A stretch of DNA of 64,000 nucleotides. Source: Eledone cirrhosa (taxonomy: Eukaryota). The stretch lies in assembly GCA_964016885.1 (NCBI GenBank), contig OZ024743.1:193502001-193566000 (forward strand), written 5' to 3'. Positions within the stretch are counted from its first letter, which is position 1; each line of letters starts with the position of its first letter. Below, in pieces: positions 1-13,500 of this stretch. Both the position numbers and the translations under genes were made by a program. Below the pieces are notes generated by a model that was not told the DNA's origin, did no database searches, and worked only from the letters and a program-made list of their open reading frames with translations.

Positions 1-1389
1 GATATATTATTAAGTACTTCTGTTGGTTTCTATTGCCTAGATTAAGATTGGGGTCATTAGACTAATATGTATGTATGTATGTATGTATGTATGTTCAAAC
101 TGGCTGCTCATGCTTATGTTAAGGTATTGTTCTCAAAATAAATGATATCAAAATCTCATAGATTCAATATTATGTGAAATAAATATGTAAGATAAAGACT
201 TCACCACAAAAATAACATAGTATATATAGAGCAATGTAAATGTTAAAAAGTTAATCCTTTAGTATTTACATTCATCATTATCATCATCGGTTAACGTCCA
301 CTTTCCATGCTAGTATAGCAGTAAAGGCTTTATCTCACATAATATCGAATCTATGAATTTTTGATGATGTTATGATTTATTTTGACACCAGTAAACTATT
401 AAAATGAGTGGTTTTGATTCATAGAACCAGAGCCAGTTTTGGCTGGGTTGGTATCAAAAGGATTAAATTACTGAGCATATTATAAAAAATGTTGATTGTT
501 TATAAATACAGCAAATTTAAAACAAAACTAATCTTTCAATCACAAAAATAATGTTATTAAACTATAGTACATGAGTATAAAACATTCATAGCTTAAACAT
601 TTAAAATTCTTAAACTCTTTTGTGACTATATTTCTAATAAGAATACACTACCTATATTTGTCTAATAATTTTCAAAATAACCTAGGGTTTGGAAAGATTC
701 AGTAATATAACTAACATCATTATTAAATTTGAATTTGGAACATAACTTAACAAAGGACTCTTACATAAATTATAATCTAAAATATCTAAATAAATATAAA
801 CACAACATAAAGCACCATGTACACTCTGCATGATTGTTGGCATTAAGAAAGGCATCCACTAATAGAAAACTAAGCTAAAGACAGATTGTATGAGCAAGCT
901 GTAGTCACCTGATCTGTTTGGTCTCATATCATGACAGCCTGTCTAACCCATGCAAGATTGGGTTAGATGGTGGGGATGATAAATATTTTAAAATAAACTG
1001 GTTGGTATCAGAGCCAGGCCTAGTGGTTAGGGTGTTGAACCTATGATTATAATGTTGTGGGTTCAATTCTTAGACTGGGTTGTGTGTTGTTTTCTTGAGC
1101 AAGACACCTCATTTAAAACAATATTCCAGAATATTCAGCTGTAAATGAGTACCAGCAGCAGTAGATAGGGATTTAACCCTGTGATGGACTAGCATTCTGT
1201 CCAGGGGAGAATCTTATACTCTCAGTCACTTAATGCCAAGTAAATCAGAATAAGCACCAGCTTAATGGTGCAGTTACAGGCAGGTGGTTTAATTATGAAA
1301 GACTTAAAATAATTACTCTATGTAAAAGAAAAAAAAAATGCTGATTTAATAAAAATAAAAGAAGCAAATTTAATAAAAAAGTGAATTAC

Positions 1390-2162
1390 CTTGCAACCAC
1401 CTTAATAATAGGATCACCAACTGTCAGATTGTAAGGAACAGCAGAGAAATAGTAGGTCTTTTCAAATTGTGGTGGATTATCATTATCGTCAATTACATTG
1501 ATAACAACTAGACTTTCTGAAGAACGTGAAGGTACACCGAGATCAGTTGCTACGACTGTTAATTCATGGTGATTGTAAAGACTGCTATTATCATAATGAA
1601 GCTGTTGGATTGTAAATAGTTCACCGGTTTTATCAGTAATATTGAACAGTGATGATGGCATTTTCAGTGAATAATAAAATTTATTATTTGGTGATGTTTT
1701 ATCCTGGTCTCTTGCCATGACTTTACCCACATGTATTGGGGGAACTTGAAGTTCAGATATTTCAAACATAAAAATTGACATAGTGAACTGTGGTTGATTA
1801 TCATTAATATCTGTAACTTTAATGGTTACATAAGTACTTGTTTCATGAGAGCTAGCCCGAGCTGCTACTTTTAGTTTGTGGTACTCCTTTTTCTCAACAT
1901 CCAAAACTGCTCTCACGGATATATTGCCACTAAGAGGATCTAAAGAGAATTTGTTACCAGAATTTCTTAAAAGTGCATAAGTAACTTCTGCATTTTCACC
2001 AATATCTTGGTCTTCAGTGGACAATTGTAGAATAAAGGAACCAATTTCAGCATTCTCAGGGATACTGGCTGTAAACAACCGAGTAAATCGAGGGGGGTTG
2101 TCATCGATATCTTGGATAGACACATCCACAGTTGTAGTTCCAGTTTTTCTAATAGAGGCACT
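1390..2162 (-). CDS. FAT4: Fat-like cadherin exon J (773 nt, phase 0 to 2)
   Basis: ttacag|AGT acceptor; AG|gtaatt donor; [27 protein letters not shown] motifs. Confidence 0.93.
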
Positions 2163-5100
2163 CTGTAAGAGAGAAAAGTTTATAAAGAAAATTACCAATA
2201 GAATATAAAATGAAATATAAAATATATGTTACTGATTTTTCAAAGAATATAAACATAACTAATAATAAAATGTTGTAGTTTGCTTGAAGCATTGCATATA
2301 ATATATAATGTGGAAAGTGATATATGGCTAAACATTACAAAATGGACTGTAAGATGAAGGTAACGAAAAAGTAAGTTACCTGGTAATCTTTTTTTTTTTT
2401 GTTACAACAAAAAAAAACAAAAAGTTTACCAGGTAACTTACTTTTTCGTTATCCTTATCTTACTGTCCATTTTGCAATGTTTAGCCTTATATCACTTTCC
2501 ACATTATATATTATAGAATATTAAATGATTAAATTTTAGCCAATTGTTAATGTTTGTTTCCTTCTAGAACCCGTCTGTGGGTCTTGGGATATGCAACTTT
2601 TGTGCCTCCATCCCACACCTCCCTGGACAAACAGTCATAAACCCATTGTTAATCTTTTCGGCATTAGATGGAGACTACACTATATTTTTTGAAACATGTT
2701 CCTTGTTACCCTACAAGAAGGGCAATGTAGTGTGATTGTTTTTATTCATTCTGACAATAGTACAATGGATTTGCTGTAAAAGCTAAACAACAAATGTAAG
2801 AACTTATTCAGAATACCCCAACCTCATTTTTTCAACAAAGCTCACCAGCACCATCACCAACATCACCACTGTTGTCATTTTACATCCATTTTCCAAGATA
2901 GTTGATAGAAACAAGACAAAATGTTAAAGTTCATAGAAAATAAATAATAGCTGTAATATCAGAAATCGTGTCTCGTTTGTCAGTTAGTCTATTATTTAAA
3001 ACTTCCAGTGTGAAAATGTTTAAGAATTCCTTCTAATGCTAAATAGATATAACATTTAAATAAAAAGAAACAACAAACAAAATGTTGAACAGAGGGTCTG
3101 GAAATAGATTTCATTGTGAACAAGATACTAAAGAGAGGAAAGAAGGAAAAATAACAAAAATATATTTATTTACATAAGTAAATTTTTATTATACACACTA
3201 ATTCCTGATTTAGGCACAAGGCCAGCAATTTGTGGGGAGGGAAAGAACGATTATATCGACCTCAGTGTATTAACATTATCAATACTTTATTTTATTGACC
3301 CCAGAAAGAGGAAAAGTAAAGTTGATATTGACAGGATTTGAACTCAGAATGTCGTAACTTATACTAAACATTTTGTCCAACACTATGGATACTGCCAACC
3401 CCTTTATAAAGGTAGTTAAGTGTAGGACCGGATTTTATGGGGGGCAATTTCCCCGGTCCCCCAGCAGAGGGGGCCCCACCAGCAACGGCTGTAGCAATTT
3501 ATTTGTGCCCTCAGATGGGCACAAATAAATTGCTACATGGGTTTTAGAATGGTTAGAAGTTTTGAATTTAATACCTGTATGTACAACCGTTCAATTCCAA
3601 TTATTTGCACCAAGCTAACTTTGATATGTAAAATTGGGGGGGTTTGCTGTGTATTCTAATTTTTTGTGTATGAGACCCCCGCCCCCATCGCCAAACCTGA
3701 AGTGCCCTGGGGCCCCCAAGGTCTAAATCCAATCCTGGTTGAGTGGCAGCAATGGTAAAGCTTTTAAGTAAATGCCAAATAATATTTAGTTTCAACTTTC
3801 TGTGTTCGGAGTTCACATCTCTCTGGGATTGATGTTGCCTCTCCTAAAATGTAGCATTGTGTCTGTTATTGATAAATAGATATCAATAATAGATACATTG
3901 TACAACAGCTGGTAAGTTAAGGAATTGTATTTATCGATAATACAGTGATGCTTCTAGCTTGTGTTAGCTTTATCAAGGTACATAACTCTTCCTGACACAG
4001 CTTGTCTTTTGTAAATATATCCAAATTACTTTTAAAAGTACATTTTACTAAAAAAAATAATATGTAATTATTAAAAATCCATCCTAGCATAAAAGAAAAA
4101 AAAAATGAAGGAATAGCAGAAGAAAATCAAAATCAATGATATTTTTTATTTTATTTTAACAGGATTTATTATTTTTTGGGGTGGGCATGTGATTAGAATG
4201 TCTCAGGAAAGAATTGCTGGACAGATTTTACAGGCAAAACCAACTAGCCAGAGACCCAGGGGTAGACCCTGAGCAAGATGGTTGGGTAAAATCCATGAGC
4301 TTGGCTGCTCTCGCTTGGGGATCCAGTCAGATCAGTTGGAGACAATTGCTTCTGGCAGGAGCCGCTGGAGGGAGTGTTTTAGGACTCTGCCCCCACAACT
4401 CTCTCTGGAATAAGTGGGGGGAAGGAGGATGAGGGGGAGAAGAAGAAGAAAATACTTACTTGGTCAACAGCTTTGATGGTAAGCTGGTAAAAGTCGATAG
4501 CTTCTCGGTCAATTTGGTTTTTTGTAGAAATGCAGCCAGAAGATTTTATTTTGAAAGCATCTTTACTATTTCCGTTTGTGATCTTATAGGTAACCATACC
4601 ATTTCTACCAGAATCGTCATCCTTTGCAGATACACACAAGACCGTTTTACCAATTTCGTTTGTCTCTTCAATCGAAGTGTAATAATGCATTTCTTTAAAG
4701 TAGGGGGCATTATCATTAATGTCAATAATAACAATACGCACTTCCTTATATGTAGTTAGGGGGTCCCTGCTAGTATCTGTAGCTCCGATCCATAAACTGT
4801 AATAATTAGTTTCTTCAAAGTCTAGTTGGTTGGCAATTGTAAGTACATTACGTTGAGGATCAATACCAAAGGCATTGTTAATATTTCCACCAGCAATAAA
4901 GTATTTGAGAGGAACACCTTTAGGAGAGACACCAGACAGATGAGTTATAGTTGTGTTTATAGAGGAGTTTTCTTGCAGCTTGAATTCAGTTTTGGCAAGT
5001 GTGAACCTTGGTTGGCGAGTTTTATTCTTTTGTAAAAGGTGAATTGTTACTTTCGCTTTTGAAAAAAATGGGTTTTGGCTCTGTGGACAGAAAAAAAAAG

Positions 5101-7524
5101 ACAAAAGAGAAAGATTTGAAAATTAAATAATATTAAATATTTTACACAGTTTACATTTCTAATTGATGTTTCATAAATTAGGACTAACCACTGTGCTTTA
5201 TTCTGGTTTTATCCCTCTTGTTACCATATTTCTAATGAAAACACCATCTATGTATTTCAAATAATTTTGAAAATAACCAAGAATTTAGGTGGCAAATTTG
5301 CAGTCATTAGAACGTTGGATAGAATGCTTTGTGGTATTTGTTCTAGCTCTCTGTACTCCGAGTTCAAATAACACAGGTCAACTTTACCTTTCAAGGTTGG
5401 TAAAAAAATGTACCACTCATGTACTGGGGTCATTTCTTCCTCTATATCTCTTTCTCTCCTTCTCTGGAAAAAAATAGCTATTTTCAGACTTAGAGAGGAG
5501 ATGGGCTCCATCAGGTTTCAAGTGCCCAAAACACACTGTATGTCACAACGGAGCCCCTATAACTCTACCAGGAGTTTAAATAGAATAGATACCTAACTTT
5601 CTCATTATTATACTAGTGTTTCATCCTTTCTCAAATAAAAATGAAATAATAATAATCAACAATATTGTGTACAGTGCTCAGGTGCACTACAATTAAACAA
5701 AGGTGCATGTATAGTATATAAAATAATGTACAAATGTCAGGAAAGTGAACAGTGTATGAGTCATGATATACACACAGACATACACACACATGCATGTGTG
5801 TGTTGGAAGGGGAATATTAGGTGTAGTGTTGGTGAAGTTTTGAAGCATGCAGTGACCCGACAGCTAACAACTGATGCAGGTAGTTTGTTCCATGCTTCAG
5901 TTAACATTCAAGCCAGGTTTCCAGTCTGATAATAAATTCCTTATTTAAAAAAAAAAAAAAAAAAAAAATTATTCAGAATGATTTGAATTACCTGATCTGA
6001 AGCTGTAACATATATGGAGAATTTTCTACCAAGTCCCAGATATAAGTTTTGGTTAGATTTAACAACACCTGTGGTAGAATTTATCTTGAATTTACTTTCA
6101 TCATCACCAGAAAGAGCATAACTTATCTTTCCATTCAGACCAATATCATAATCAACAGCTGTTATCCCAAATACAAATTCACCTGAAAAGATAAAAGAGG
6201 GGGTTACATCAATCATCATCATTGTTTAATGTCCATTTTCCACGCCCGCATGGGACAAATAATATTGCTCTGCCCCCAAATAAAAATTCTCCTGAACTCT
6301 TTAGTATTTAAACTGACCATATCCGGCCAGAATTCTCTCTCTTGTTCTAACCGGCCGTAACCTGCCACCATACCAATGTTTATGTATTGAGTACTCCTTA
6401 CAGTTGGTAATCAAAAAGATCTAGTGAGACAAGTAATAAAAAAACCAGGAAAAAATGTGTAAATAAATACACTGACATGAAAATATATGCTCTTTTTTTA
6501 TGTAAATTTCTTAATCTTTCATCCATATAGCTAATGAGAATATACTGCTTTTGTATTTTAATTATCAAAGTAATGAAGAATTATGTAAGGTTTAGTGAAA
6601 TAATTAACTAACCTTTAATTGAATAATAAAAGACAAATATTTATATACTGAAATCTAAAATTATCTGTCATACAGTAATGAGGTTTCAGCCAAAGATTTA
6701 AATTTAAATTTAAACACTTTAACAGAGGCATTGGTGTAGGTTGAACTGTTTCTGTATAAATATGCATTTATCATATATATATATGTATATCAGCTGCTTC
6801 ATACACAAATTAATATTTAAATAAATATTCTTTAAATAGTGCTACAGGAATATAAATAAACATAATAAAATAGTTGAAGTTTTGCATTGTATGTGAAACA
6901 GATATGGAATGGCACTAAGTGAAAATCAATGTTTATTTTTCACAGCTACTATATTGTAGAAACAAAATAATTTGCACTCATGTTTTTTTTAGATGTTATT
7001 GTCTACAAGAAAAAGTACTGCTGTATGATTTTCAACAATAATTTGCAGAAAAATATGGCCAATTTGAATTGACCTATTTAATATATATTTTAGAAGCAAT
7101 TCATATTGTCATGAATCTTGGGTAATGATCGAAAGAATATGACTGCAAATACAAGCAGCCGAAATAGGGTTCCTCCAAAGGATCTTTGGCGAAACGTTAA
7201 TCAACAGAGTGTGTAGCTCGGAGATCAGAGAGTCACTCCAGGTAGAGCTGCTACTTCTCTGAATTGAGAGATCACAGCTCTGATACTATGGGCATGTGAT
7301 TAGAATGTCTCAAGAAAGAATCATTGGACAGATTTTTGGGCAAAACCAACTGGCAGGAGACCCAGGGGTAGACCCCGAGCAAATGGTTGGATAACATTCA
7401 TGAGCTTGGCTGGTCTCGCTTGAGGATCCAGTCAGATCATTTGGAGATGGTTGCTTCTGAGAGGACCCGTTGGAAGGAGTGTTTGAGGACTCTGCCCCCA
7501 TGACCCTCTCAGGAATAAGTGGAG

Positions 7525-7556
<32 letters not shown>

Positions 7557-10500
7557 GGAGGAAGAGGAGGAGGAGGAGGAGGAGGAGAAGAAGGAGAAGG
7601 AGAAGGAGAAGAAGAAAAAGAAAAAGAAGAAGAAGAAGAAGAAGAAGAAGAAGAAGAAGAAGAAGAAGAAGAAGAAGAAGAAGAAGAAGAAGAAGAAGAA
7701 GAATTCATAACACTGAAGAACAAAAGAAAGTTTTTATCTGTGCCTGACATTTTAGACCTGATTTTAGATATGTTTAGGCCACTAATTCAGAAAATAGCAT
7801 GTTTTGTTCTAGCGACTTTAGTTTTTGAGAAGTTGCATATATCATTAACCTACTTTAAAACCCTTCTGGAAATGTATTATGAGTTGCTCATAAACCTAAA
7901 TTCATTCCTAGACGCTTACTCCCTCTGTTGCAGACCTGTCCATCAACATGAGATATTTGTCTCCTCAAAGTTTGATCACCAACAACTGAGGTTAAAAAGC
8001 AAAGGTCAAGTCCAGTCCATAACTTGGCATTATCAAGCCAACATGTTAGCTGTCGACCTCTGCTTCTCTTATCAACTAACTTTCCTTCTAGGCATAACTT
8101 ATTCACAACATGAGTTGATCTTTTGATATGACTGTACAGTTTAAGTACTCTTGAATTGATAACTGGTGTGATTGGTTTAAACTTGGTAATGTTGAGTAGC
8201 TCACTGATAGAGATATAATTAATTTTCACCTAAAATATGTTCTCCTGGGCCAGCAAAGTAGGCATACTCAGTAGCCATGCTTTATATGTCTCTAGGACAG
8301 TAGAGCTAAAGATGAACAATGAATGAGCAATGTATTTTTAACTCATAATCTTTCGCCATAACATAATGTAAAGATGTTAATCAAGATTAGAATATAAAAG
8401 GAAAAATATGACTGCCTTGAATTAAGAAGAAGATTATATCAAATAGCATAAAATAGAAAAATGACTGATTCAAAAGAAACTAAATGTAACATGTAATGAT
8501 GTTAGATAAATTCAATCCTAATTTCCTCTCCATGTATTTATATGTAAAATATGACATCTGCTGACAATCAAAGAGTATAACAATTAAAAATGAAGTTTGG
8601 TTTAAGCTCTTTGTAGTCATATTTCTTATATAAACACATTGTTGATGTGTTTCAATTAATTTTTATAATAATGAAGAATTTGAAGGGATTTACTAAAATA
8701 ATTTTGTCATTATTAAGCTGATGTTTATTTCAAACATGACTCAACAAAAAGATTCTTACATAAAGTTGATATAAGGTTTTAATTTCAATATGAACAATTT
8801 AAAAGAGACATTTTAGTATCAGAGAACCTAAAACTGTCTCAGGTAGGTTGGTACCAAAGGGATTAACATTTCTGTTAATGTTAACATTTCTAATGAAATA
8901 CACTAACCATGTGTTACAATGAATTAAAAAAATAATCCAATATTTGGAGGAATTTGACAAAATAATTAGGTTGTGAATTTAGGTGTAAGTTTTTTGTTTG
9001 AAGTTAAGTAAAGAGAGCTAATGAAAAAGAATAGAGAAAGTAAAAAAAAAAGGAATAGACATATTTCAGCCAAATTTTTGGTGGTAATATTTGAAGGAAT
9101 TAGTAGAGTGCCATAGCTAGTCATTAAAACATCAGATACTTTGCAGTATTCATTCTGTTTCTCTGTGCTCTGAATTCAAAACCTGTGCAAGAAACTGAAT
9201 TTTCTGTTCAATTTTAGTTTACAATGAAAATCATTTATGTAACTAATGGTCTTAGAAAAATGAAAACAATACATCCAGCAAACCCTGTAAAGTGATTGTC
9301 ATTAGAAAGGGCATCCAGATATATAAACTATGCCAAATATGAAATGTAACCCACCTGGTCTTGGACTATGACAACTCTTCTCGCTTATGCTCATATGGAA
9401 AGGGCCCCCCCCGCCTATAAACATTTATCTCTTTCATTACTGCACTAACCCCCCTCCACTCACTGCTACACTAACCCCTCCTTCACACACTCCTACACTA
9501 ACCCCTCCTCCACACACTGCTACACTAACCCCCTCCTCCCCTCACTGCCACATTACCCCCACCCCCTACTCACTGCCAAACTAAGCCACCCCCTCCCCGC
9601 TACACTAACCCCTCCTACACTTACTGTTATATTATTTCCCACTTTAACCATACACTTCCCCACACAAACCCTACATTAAACCCCCACCAAGCTGTATACA
9701 GTCTTTAATTAACCCTTTAGCATTTAAACCGGCCATATCCAGCCAGAATTCTTTCACCTCTTTCTGTTTAAACCAGTCATAACTGGCTGCTCATACTGAC
9801 GTTAAGGTATTGTTTTAAAAATAAATAACATCAAAATCTCATAGATTCGATATTATGTGAAATAATTATGTGAGGTAAAGCCTTTACCACAAAAATACAG
9901 TAGTAGATATAGAGTAATGTAAATGTTAAAGGGTTAATACAGGCAGTGAGTTTATGATGTAGTATTTCTTACATTCTCCACAATAACTATATTGACCATT
10001 ATTATGTAGCTGTTGGTGCTGGTCGCCATGTCAACAGAAGTGTCATATGTATACACAGACATAAATCAAACTGACAACATAAATACAGGATTTTATTGGA
10101 GTGAGAAACCAATGTATTTCAGATAGGATTCATCATCATCATCATCATCATCATTTTACGTTCGCTCTTCCCTGCTTTGCCTTTCGTCCTTACAGGGTCG
10201 ATAAAATAAAAAGTACCAGTAATACACTGGGGTAATTGCTGGCCTTGTGCCAAAATTAGAAACAATTATTATTATTATTATTAGGGCGGTGGATTGGCAG
10301 TATCAGTAGAGGGTCGGACGCCATGCTTTGCAGCAAAGAGTTACGGCCCTTTATGGTCTGAGTTCAAATCCCGCCGAGGTTAACTTTGCCTTTCATCCTT
10401 ACGGAGTCAATAAAATAAGGCACCAGTAATACACTGGGGTAATTGCTGGCCTTATGCCTAAAGTAGAAACAATTATTATTATTATTATTAGGGCAGTGGA

Positions 10501-13500
10501 TTGGCAGAATTGGTAGAGCGTCGGACAACATGCTTTGCACCAAAGAGTTCTCAGTTCAAATCCCGCCAAGGGTAGTTTTGCCTTTCATACTTACAGGGTT
10601 GATAAATAAAGCACCAGTAACGTTCTGGGGTCGATTTAATCGACTTCCCCCTCCCCCAAATTACTGGCCTTGTGCCTATATAAGAAACCATTATTATTAT
10701 TATTATTATTATATTTGCAGGGCAGTGGATTGGCAGTATCGGTAGAGGGTCGGACGCCATGCTTTCCAGCATAGTTACGTCCCTTTACGATCTGAGTTCA
10801 AATTCCGCCGAGGTTGACTTTGCCTTTCATCCTTACGGGGTCGATAAAATAAAGTACCAGTAATGCACTGGGTAATTGCTGGCCTTGTGCCTAAAGTAGA
10901 AACAATTATTATATTAGCATGTCAATCAAGTAATATAGAAATTACCATGTAGAATGTATCATGTGTAGTGTCCAGAATGGATAGACAATATCAACCATTG
11001 AAGGTATTTCTATTTTGTGTTCCAGACAAGGGGCCATGGTGGGGCACCGCCACTTAATAATTCTTTCTAACATTACGCACAAGGCCAGCAATTTTAGGAA
11101 AGAGTGGTCTAAGCCGGATCCACTGCCCTCAAGACACTTAATGATAATTGTTTTTACTTTAGGCATAAGGCCAGCAATTTTGGTTGGAGGGTAAAATCGA
11201 TTAAATCGACCTCAGTGCATTACTGGTGCTTTATTTTATCGACCCCATAAGGATGAAAGGCTAGGCTAACCTGGCCGGATTTCAACTCAGACAGTAAAGG
11301 GCCATAACTCTATGCAGCGAAGCAGGGTGTCCAATGCGCTACCGACACTGCCATTAATAATAATAAGTTCTGTCTATTCATTACAGATATAGTAACTATT
11401 ACAATGTGTGTTTGGTGACAGATCACCAGATAAACACAATAAATAATAATGGATTTCCAATTTATGGCCTCATATGCGTCTATGACTTTATTTCTTGAAA
11501 TATGATCATTATGAATAGATACTTTCACTCATGTATCTAGTGAGAGATAGAGCTGACTAACTGTTAACATGCTGTAATGACTTAGAAAATATCTAAAAAC
11601 AGGGTTGTTAATTCAAATGTTTATAGTATCTTTACTAGTGGACAGATCATCATCATCATCATTTCATTTTACGTCCGCTTTTTCCCTGCTTGCAAGGGTG
11701 GGACGGGAACTGATTCTGGCTTGATTTCTACAGCTGGATGCCCTTCCTAACACCAACCTCATTTACAGTGAGTGCTAGGTGCTTTTTTGCCGTGGCACTT
11801 CCACGACCACTTTGCAGTGGAATGATATGGACCCCAGTCCCTATCATCTCATTTCTACAGCTGAGTAAACTGGATCAATGTGAAATAAAGTGTCTTGCTC
11901 AAGGAAACAACACATCATCCGGTCTGAGAATTGAACTCACAACCTTTCGATTGCAAGGCCAATGCTCTAACCACTAAGCCATGTGCTTCCAGATCATTGT
12001 GAAAACTTGCATTTGTTAATTCAAATGTTTATACTATCTTTACTAGTAGATAGATATTGATGAAAATCTTCAGTATTAACTTTTAACAAGCTGTAATGAC
12101 TTAGCAGAAAATATCTAAAAATCATCATCATCATCACCATCATGGCTGTTAATTCAAATGTTTATAGTATCTTTACTAGTGGACAGATCATTGTGAAAAT
12201 CTGCATCATTAGAATAAAGACTTCTATTTTTAATGTGATAGTCATATTGATGTTTTATACTTTTTTAGCAAGAATATCTTGTTACTATGGTTTCATGTGG
12301 TAACCAAATAGCTGTATAGATTTAAGGTGACATATTTTAAGATGACAAATAGATCAAGTTTGAAAAGTAAAAATAAATATTGCTAAAAGGTATTCATTGA
12401 AACACTTATAAAAAGTAAATAAAAACCTAATAAGGATTTCTAATTTAGGCATAAGGCCCAGGACCGGATTTAATGGGGGGGGGGGGGGGGGGGGGGGGCA
12501 ATTGCTTCGGGCCCCCTGCAGTGGGGAGGTCCCATCAGCAACGGCCGTAGCAATTTATTTGTGCCCTCAGCTGGGCTTTTTAGTTTTAGGATGGTTAGAA
12601 GTTTTGAATTTAATATCTCTATGTATAACTTTTCAATTGCAATTACTTGTGCCAAGCTAACTTTGATATGTAAAATGAGGAGGAGGAGGGGGGTTTGCTG
12701 TGTATTCTAATTTTTTGTGTATGAGGGACCCCCCCCCCCCCCCCCCCCCGGTCTAAATCCAATCCTGACAAGGCCAACAATTTGTGGGGAAGGGAAAGTC
12801 GATTATATTGACTCTAGTACTTCACTGGCAGTTTATTTATCAAATTTCATAAGGATGAACTGAAAAGTTGACCGAATGTAAAGAACCGAAATAAATACTG
12901 CCAAGTATTTGTCTGGCACCCTAGTGACTCTGCCAATGCACTGCTCTAAACTAAAACATTATAAAGACATTAACTGTAGAAATACCTTTTATTGTTGGGT
13001 TGTATATAAATCTGTTATACGATTTCTGATTGAACATTGGTTTATTATCATTTTTGTCTTTCACAATAACTGTCACTGCAGCTGTTGCTGTTCTTGGAGT
13101 GTAGCCAGCATCTTCAGCCACAACAAAGAAATTATATTCATCTTGTTTTTCTCGATCAAATGACGCAGTTGCCAATACTGTCCCTCTTGCTGGATCAATT
13201 GTAAACTTGCCATCCAAGTCAGATAACAAAGAATACCTTCATGAAAATATAAAAATAAATTGTTAATTTAATTTCAAGTGGACATCAAAACAGAATGGAC
13301 CTATAAAAACAATAACAACATCAGTACAACAACAACAAGAGTACAACAACAACAACAGTACATCAACAACAACAACAACACTACAACAACAACTACAGTA
13401 CAACAACAACAACTACAGTACACCAACAACAACAACAAAAACAGTACAACAACATATTACAACCAGTTGTGTAAGTTGTATTGATCAATGCTTTATATAA

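Noticed and set aside
7310-8126. Poly-E, poly-S or poly-K ORFs
   Set aside because: Produced by the (GGA)/(GAA) tract
9438-9625. Interstitial telomere
   Set aside because: TAACCC occurs once per 23-25-bp unit, not as tandem hexamers
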